This document shows, one piece after another, positions 25,910 to 32,000 of a stretch of 32,000 nucleotides of DNA. Both the position numbers and the translations under genes were made by a program. The DNA is from an uncultured archaeon (lineage in GTDB: Archaea > Asgardarchaeota > Thorarchaeia > Thorarchaeales > CAZPUN01): positions 383-32,382 of the forward strand of contig CAZPUN010000009.1 in the NCBI GenBank assembly GCA_964589775.1, given 5' to 3'. The notes under the pieces are model-generated. The model saw only the letters and a program-made list of their open reading frames with translations. It ran no database searches and had not been told where the DNA came from. Numbering within the stretch: position 1 is the first letter of the stretch; each line of letters begins with the position of its first letter.

Positions 25910-27820
25910 ATGAGCCAGATTAATGGTATTTCTCCATGGGATCATATTGTAAATGAAGTTCTAGAATTATTGCATAGATTCACAAATATCGATAAGGATA
26001 CGTTAAGAAACACTCTAAGTGAGCCTCCAGATCCTAAGTATGGGGATTTGGCCACGACTATCGCATTTAGATTAGCAAAAACTCAGAGAAAAAATCCTGC
26101 AATGATAGCGAAAGAAATAGTTGAAAAAATGAACGCTAATGGATTGCCCTCGGTACTTTCTGAAGTTAAAACCGCGGGTCCTTATATTAATTTCTATATT
26201 AATCGGAGTGAGCTAGCAAAAATAACTATTGAACGGGTCATATCTCAAGATCTTGATTATGGGGTTTCGAATGCATTTGAAGGATTGCATGCGATAGTTG
26301 AATTTCCTGCAGTAAACCCCTCAAAACCATGGCATATTGGCCATGCCCGAAACGCAATTGTTGGTGACACTGTTTCTAATTTACTTGAAAAAGTAGGATA
26401 TAGAGTAACTCGGCTTGATTATATTAACGATTTAGGTCTTCAGGTTGCCCAGCTGATTTGGAAGCTAAGAAAATTAAGTAATATTAATACTGATGAGAAG
26501 TTTGATCATTTTCTAGGTAAATTGTATGTTGAAGTTCAAAAAGAAATTGAATCTGATCCAAGTGTTGAAGAAGAAATTCGTGAGACATCGCGTTTAATGG
26601 AATCCGGAAATAATGAGATTTCAGATTTTGCAAGTGATATTGTTACGCGATGTGTCAAAGCTCAATATGCAACTGCATATAGATTAAATATATTTCATGA
26701 CCTGCAGATTTGGGAAAGTACTCTTGCTCATTCACATCTTCTCGATGAAGTTAAAAAACAAATATTAAACAAGGTTGATAGTGTCTTCGTGATGCCTGAT
26801 GGTGAAAAAGCTGGCTGTATCGTAGCGCGTCTTGACGTCTTCGAGGAATTTAAAGATATGCGAGACCCCTATAAGGTTCTGTTTCGTTCGGATGGAACTA
26901 GAACCTACGTGGGTGCGGATATCTCTTTACAAATGTGGAAATTTGGGTTAATTAAAGACCCCTTCAAATATAGTGTTTTTGATGTTCAACCTAATGGCAA
27001 AAAAGTTCTCAGGTCTGATTTAGAAGGCGAGACAATCAAGCATCAAAAAGTAAACAAGGTATTTAATGTAGTAGGCGCAGAACAAGCACATCCGCAACGC
27101 TTGGTGTATCTTATTTTAGATTTACTTGGATATAAGAAGGAAAGTGAGAATTCATATCATCTTGCATATGAACGGGTAACTGTTGATGAAGCTTCCTTAT
27201 CTGGTCGTAAAGGCGGCTGGGTTGGGTTTACAACCGATGATGTTTTAGATCGTGCATTTGAAATTGCGCAAAAAGAGGTAAAAATGCGGAACCCTAATGC
27301 TAATGATGAATTTATATCAACCACTGCGGAGCAAATAGCTATCGGAGCAGTTCGATATGCTCTAATACGACAATCTCTGGATAAGCGTATTGATTTTAAA
27401 TATTCTGAAGTTCTGGATTTCAATGGCGATACCGGACCCTATCTACAATATGCGCATGCACGTGCCAGTAGAATCTTAGAACGTGTTGGAATGTTTTCTA
27501 AGCCTATTGATTATTCTCAGATCAATAATGATTATGAATTTGCTTTAATCAAAATGATTGCAAAATACCCTTCTATACTTGTGGAGATCGTACAAAATAT
27601 CAAGAAAGAAACATGGGGTACTGATATACAACTTAATAGAATTCCAATATTCATCTATGAACTAGCAAATCTTTTCAGTAAATTCTATGATAATTGTCCT
27701 GTGTCTTCGGCAAAAAATGAATCGCTAAAAAATGCTAGACTTGCTTTAGTCTATGCGTTTAAGAAGACGCTAGCAAGTGCATTGAATATTATTGGTGTTC
27801 CTCCTTTAGAAAAAATGTAA
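25910..27820 (+). CDS. argS: Arginine--tRNA ligase
   Basis: YGDLA, GPYINF, NPSKPWHIGHARN (HIGH), INDLGLQ, LSGRKG, FNGDTGPYLQYAHAR, FYDNCPV, PPLEKM C-terminus. Confidence 0.96.
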   Translation: MSQINGISPWDHIVNEVLELLHRFTNIDKDTLRNTLSEPPDPKYGDLATTIAFRLAKTQRKNPAMIAKEIVEKMNANGLPSVLSEVKTAGPYINFYINRSELAKITIERVISQDLDYGVSNAFEGLHAIVEFPAVNPSKPWHIGHARNAIVGDTVSNLLEKVGYRVTRLDYINDLGLQVAQLIWKLRKLSNINTDEKFDHFLGKLYVEVQKEIESDPSVEEEIRETSRLMESGNNEISDFASDIVTRCVKAQYATAYRLNIFHDLQIWESTLAHSHLLDEVKKQILNKVDSVFVMPDGEKAGCIVARLDVFEEFKDMRDPYKVLFRSDGTRTYVGADISLQMWKFGLIKDPFKYSVFDVQPNGKKVLRSDLEGETIKHQKVNKVFNVVGAEQAHPQRLVYLILDLLGYKKESENSYHLAYERVTVDEASLSGRKGGWVGFTTDDVLDRAFEIAQKEVKMRNPNANDEFISTTAEQIAIGAVRYALIRQSLDKRIDFKYSEVLDFNGDTGPYLQYAHARASRILERVGMFSKPIDYSQINNDYEFALIKMIAKYPSILVEIVQNIKKETWGTDIQLNRIPIFIYELANLFSKFYDNCPVSSAKNESLKNARLALVYAFKKTLASALNIIGVPPLEKM

Positions 27821-27842
27821 GAGGAGATTCCTCTCTACTTTT

Positions 27843-29183
27843 TTATTTACTTGCTACTTTGACTTCTTTAATCAAAATACTTGGTGAAATTATTGGACCA
27901 ATTCTTCGGACATCCGCTGAAATATTTATAATGTTTTTAAAGAGATTCTTCATGTTTACTCCAATTAGTGTTTCCTTTATTGGGTGCTTAATCTCCCCAT
28001 TTTCTATGTAAAATCCTTGTGATACTAAAGCGCTCAGATCTCCAGTAACCATATTTGGTGTATCCCCTGTGCTTCTCAATAATATTCCTCGTTTTACCTC
28101 CGAAATTAGGTCTTCTTGGGTACCTTTTAACGGTTGTACTACAAGGTTTGTTATTGATATTGTGGGAAGTCCTGCGTATGAATATCTAGAAGCATTTCCT
28201 GTGTTTTTTGTATGCATTTTATTTGCAGTATAACTATTGTGTAGATAGCTCTTCAAAATGCCTTTCTCAAAAATCTGGGTTTTCTGTGCAGGATACCCTT
28301 CTGCATCAAATATGCGCGATGCAATTCCCCCTTCTACGGTTGCATTATCTTCAATGTTTAATATCTCGGAACCTATCTTTTCTTCAATAAGACCTGCTAA
28401 ATATGATCTTTCATACATAACTTCTTCAGCATTTAATGCGCGCCCCAATCCTGATCCTAGTACGTCCATTACTGCCATAGGATCTAAAATAAGATCCATA
28501 GTTGAAGTATCTACCTTCTTGGGATGAAGGCTCTTAATTGCATATTCTGTTGCGTTCTTGCCAACCATTTCAGGATTTAGCTCTTTTAATATTCTGCTTT
28601 CATCGAGTTCATAACTTGCCATCATTTCGTTATTTTCTTTAACAGTTGAATATATGTAGAGATTTGATTGAGTTGCTTTATCCGAAACTTGGATTCCTAA
28701 AGTATTTAATATGTATTTCTCGCCATATGATGCTGCTGCTTCTCCTGAAATTGAGTACAGTCTATCATCAGTTTTTGCTGCGTCAATTGCAACTTTCATT
28801 AATTGAGCTACATCTTCAGGTGATGCGAATTCAATATTTTTATCGTAACGTTTTTTGACTTCTGGATATTTTCCTGAATAACTGGGAAGTGAAACAAAAT
28901 CTGAATCTGGGGTTGATGCTTTTGCTAATGCGATGGCTTGTTTTGCTACTTTTTCGATTTCATCTTCATTAAACGAAGTTATATATGCGTAACCAATTGC
29001 GTTGTTTATTATAACCCTAATTCCAATTCCTTGATCATATAATTGTCTTGCTGTCTTTATCACGCCATTTTCAACTTTTATTGCAATTCCTTTGGCTTTT
29101 GCAATGTAAACTTCAGCTTGATCTACATCTTTCTCTATTGTCTTTAAGATATTTTCACCAATTTTCAATAGATCTGTTTCCAT
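27843..29183 (-). CDS. pmbA: TldE/PmbA family protein
   Basis: DQAEVY, GIGIRVI, FDAEG, GILKSYLH, TGNASR, IENGEI..PIKE, SPSIL; no HExxxH. Confidence 0.9.
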   Translation of the reverse strand: METDLLKIGENILKTIEKDVDQAEVYIAKAKGIAIKVENGVIKTARQLYDQGIGIRVIINNAIGYAYITSFNEDEIEKVAKQAIALAKASTPDSDFVSLPSYSGKYPEVKKRYDKNIEFASPEDVAQLMKVAIDAAKTDDRLYSISGEAAASYGEKYILNTLGIQVSDKATQSNLYIYSTVKENNEMMASYELDESRILKELNPEMVGKNATEYAIKSLHPKKVDTSTMDLILDPMAVMDVLGSGLGRALNAEEVMYERSYLAGLIEEKIGSEILNIEDNATVEGGIASRIFDAEGYPAQKTQIFEKGILKSYLHNSYTANKMHTKNTGNASRYSYAGLPTISITNLVVQPLKGTQEDLISEVKRGILLRSTGDTPNMVTGDLSALVSQGFYIENGEIKHPIKETLIGVNMKNLFKNIINISADVRRIGPIISPSILIKEVKVASK

Positions 29184-29186
29184 GTT

Positions 29187-30572
29187 TTATTGTCCTCCTA
29201 TAGGTATTTTCTCGATCCTTATGTAGGGTCCGCCAGTCATAACTGGTACCGACTGTCCCGACTTACCACAAACTCCCGGATTGAACTCAACATTTCTGCC
29301 TATTGCATTGATTTTATTTAGGACCTCTAAGATTGTTCCTGCTAATGCAGCGTCTCTTACAGCTGTTTTTAGTTCTCCATTCTCTATAATCCACCCATTC
29401 CATGACTTAAACATGAATTGGCCCACTGCGGGTTCGACATAACCATATTCAAATCCTGCCATTAATATGCCATTTTTTGTATCTTCTATGATTTCGTCCT
29501 TGGACCAGTCTCCAGGTTCCATAAACGTATTGGACATACGCGGAATTGGAACGTAGCCATAATCTTGGGCCCTCGCAGCTCCATTTGGTTCAAGATTTAG
29601 TCTAGCCGCAGTTTCTAATGAGTGCAAAATTTCTGTTAGTACTCCATTTACAACTAATTTTCTCTTGCGTGTTTTTGTTCCTTCACTATCATATTCAAAT
29701 GAGCCACGTAGTCCTGGAATCGTAGGATCATCACTGAGGTTTACAAATTCATTACCCACCTTCTTTCCCAATTTATCCTCAAGTACTGTATTCTTTGCTG
29801 TGAACGCATCTGCTTCTGATGCATGTCCAAATGCTTCATGAACAAAAACACCAGTAAGCTCAGGGTCTGCAACAACATCGAATACACCTGATGGGGCGGC
29901 TTTTGCTGATAATAACATAACGGCTTGTTTGGCGCTTTCTTCACCTAACTTCTGAGCTTTTTCAGTTTCAAAAATTTCAAACCCACCTGCGAGTCCAATA
30001 GATTTGTATCCCCTTTGTCTATTTGTGCCTTCTCGAGCTGTAGTTAAAATAGATACTCTTGGCAGGCTAATTTGCATTTCCACGTGAGTTCCAAAGGAAT
30101 TTGCTATAATTTTGTTCGAAATTACATCTGTATAAATTACTTTAGCCGTGGCAATTCTTGTATCAAAATTTCGTGCCTGCTCTGATAGGAATTTTACAAA
30201 ATCTGTTTTATCGCTTATAGGTATTTTATCTGTGGGCTTATTACCCAAATTAACACTTTTTCCTCTATACGCTTTCGCATCAATTTTAAATGGTTCCTTA
30301 ATATAGGCTCTAGAAATTTTGGCTAATCTGACAGCCGAGTCCGCAGCTTCTTTGACGGCTTCTTTTGTGATTTTTGTTAGTGTAGCAAATCCCCAAGCGC
30401 CATCAATAAAAGCGCGAATTCCAAGTCCTTTTTCATTAAATTGAATTACTTTCTTAGCGTTGTCATTAACAAACTCAAGGCGAGTTCCTGTATTGTGTTC
30501 AATGCGAATATCTGCAAATTGAGCACCCGCCTTTAGTGCAAAATCAATAGCTATTTCTGTGATATCTTCCAA
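29187..30572 (-). CDS. tldD: TldD family metalloprotease
   Basis: FADIRIE, GIRAFIDGAWGF, HEAFGH zinc motif, YDSEG, PRMSNT, CGKSGQSVPV. Confidence 0.93.
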   Translation of the reverse strand: MEDITEIAIDFALKAGAQFADIRIEHNTGTRLEFVNDNAKKVIQFNEKGLGIRAFIDGAWGFATLTKITKEAVKEAADSAVRLAKISRAYIKEPFKIDAKAYRGKSVNLGNKPTDKIPISDKTDFVKFLSEQARNFDTRIATAKVIYTDVISNKIIANSFGTHVEMQISLPRVSILTTAREGTNRQRGYKSIGLAGGFEIFETEKAQKLGEESAKQAVMLLSAKAAPSGVFDVVADPELTGVFVHEAFGHASEADAFTAKNTVLEDKLGKKVGNEFVNLSDDPTIPGLRGSFEYDSEGTKTRKRKLVVNGVLTEILHSLETAARLNLEPNGAARAQDYGYVPIPRMSNTFMEPGDWSKDEIIEDTKNGILMAGFEYGYVEPAVGQFMFKSWNGWIIENGELKTAVRDAALAGTILEVLNKINAIGRNVEFNPGVCGKSGQSVPVMTGGPYIRIEKIPIGGQ

Positions 30573-30732
30573 GATCTATATCACCAAAACAATGTGTCAT
30601 ACTTTATCTTTTAATTCTTATTGCATGTCCATTTGCAAAAATAATCAATATATTTTTATGCAATTCCCAAAAAGTTTTTAATAGTGAATTTTGTTGATGA
30701 CACATCAGCTTAGTATAAGGAGCTGCAAGAAC

Positions 30733-31797
30733 GTGTCTATAGTTAACGTATGGAACTACGCCTTCATCAATGCAATAATTCGCGCACGGAAATCTTCGCT
30801 ACTTCGTATTGGAGACTATGAACGCCTTCTCCAAGCCAAAAGCTTTGAAGATTTTATTCGAATGTTGGGTGCAACACCTTATTCCACTATGATTGCGCGA
30901 AGTAAATCGCCTAATATCACATTAGAGGACTTTGGATTTCTATTGTCGTCAGAATTTTCATTAGAATCTTCAAAAATGGAAAAATATCTTCATGGTAAGT
31001 CAAAGGAATTTCTAAAATATTACAATTATTACTTTCTATTTGATGCAATAAAGACAGTAATACGTGGTATTCACTTAAAAATACCCGCTGATGAAATCAA
31101 AAAATACATAATTTTGCAGGACAAAAAGAGTTACAAAATTATTGAAAATCTATTAAACTTGCATTCAGTTGAAGCCGTCATTGACGCGATTCCCTGGGCT
31201 AAGGTACGAAATAAATTAAGAACGGCGTTACCTCAGTATCAGCAACTAAATTCAACAATTCCGTTAGAAATTGCAATCGAGAGACATTATTATGAAAGTA
31301 TACTAAAACTATCTAGAAAACTTCTGTCATCATATGATGCAAAGCGCGCAATTAACATCGTAAACCTAAAAGTCTTTAGCGTAAACACCATCACAGCAAT
31401 TCGTGGTATAAACTTAAAGATCCCGAAGGATTATCTTAAAGAAATGTTAATTGGGCCATCTAATTATGTTTCAATGTTTTCAATGTTCATTGATAGATCA
31501 AATACAATCAATGATTTATTCAATCTAATGGAACAAACAAAACTCAGAGATCTTGTAAATCGAATCAGGAATACCTATGAGGAAACAAGAAGTCTATCTA
31601 ATATAGATCAGCCAGTCGATGAATACTTTGTACAGAATGCGACAAAAGAATTTCTAGGGGATCCATTTAATATAGGCGTTGTTTTAGGATTTATTATTCT
31701 TAAATACTATGAACTTAAAAATTTAAGAATTATTGGTATTGGTATAGAAAAAGGTGAATATCCCGATATAATTAGAAAACAAATAATTATATGGTAA
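30733..31797 (+). CDS. ahaC: A/V-type ATP synthase subunit C (V0 d / AC39-like)
   Basis: YAFINAIIRARKSSLL, LGATPY, EIAIERHYY, N..TAIRG, GFIILKYYELKNLRIIGIG; GTG 30733 after AAGGAG; adjacent to the proteolipid gene. Confidence 0.85.
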   Translation: MSIVNVWNYAFINAIIRARKSSLLRIGDYERLLQAKSFEDFIRMLGATPYSTMIARSKSPNITLEDFGFLLSSEFSLESSKMEKYLHGKSKEFLKYYNYYFLFDAIKTVIRGIHLKIPADEIKKYIILQDKKSYKIIENLLNLHSVEAVIDAIPWAKVRNKLRTALPQYQQLNSTIPLEIAIERHYYESILKLSRKLLSSYDAKRAINIVNLKVFSVNTITAIRGINLKIPKDYLKEMLIGPSNYVSMFSMFIDRSNTINDLFNLMEQTKLRDLVNRIRNTYEETRSLSNIDQPVDEYFVQNATKEFLGDPFNIGVVLGFIILKYYELKNLRIIGIGIEKGEYPDIIRKQIIIW

Positions 31798-31806
31798 GGA
31801 GTGTTT

Positions 31807-32000
31807 ATGACAATGAATAGAATGTCAGCTATACAATTCATAATCGCCTCGAGCATTGCAGTAATCTTATTTACAATTAGTGTATTGTTTGCTCAGGCAA
31901 CTGGTCTTGATTTTGGAATTGGCATATTACAAGAAAGTACATCAATGGATGTTTTCGGACTTGCATTAGGTGCAGGTGTTGCCATAGGTTTATCCGGATT
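31807..32000 (+). CDS. ahaK: A/V-type ATP synthase proteolipid subunit K/c (runs off window)
   Basis: MTMNRMSAIQFIIASSIAVILFTISVLFAQATG...GLALGAGVAIGLSG: hydrophobic leader then the Gly/Ala-rich first helix; GGAGTG SD; follows subunit C. Confidence 0.75.
   Translation, partial: MTMNRMSAIQFIIASSIAVILFTISVLFAQATGLDFGIGILQESTSMDVFGLALGAGVAIGLSG

Overview
AT-rich archaeal core-genome segment. Ribosomal protein eL38, intron-rich tRNAs and a WD40-plus-helical protein suggest a TACK/Asgard lineage, possibly Asgard (inference). It is dominated by RNA processing, RNA modification and translation genes: truD, a NusA-like KH protein, rpl40e, rpl38e, a beta-CASP nuclease, an MtaB-type methylthiotransferase, trm112, tiaS, tsr3, RNase P RNA, cbf5, rpl14e, cmk, rpl34e, tfb and argS. 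It also carries endoQ, a radical SAM-HhH protein, thiL, comB, gcvPA/PB, asparaginase, tldD/pmbA and the start of an A/V-type ATPase cluster. Features the ORF track misses: four CCA-encoding tRNAs (Val-CAC with a 25/26 intron, Thr-CGT with two introns at 29/30 and 37/38, Leu-GAG, Ser-GGA with a 37/38 intron), RNase P RNA, eL40, and a tandem pair of tiny ribbon-helix-helix genes (one CdrS-like, one truncated) behind a 30-bp palindrome. Also notable are a 46-bp tandem duplication that rewrites the eL14 C-terminus where cbf5 is flipped relative to the usual gene order, and structured leaders upstream of rpl14e and tfb. No mobile element or CRISPR array was seen.
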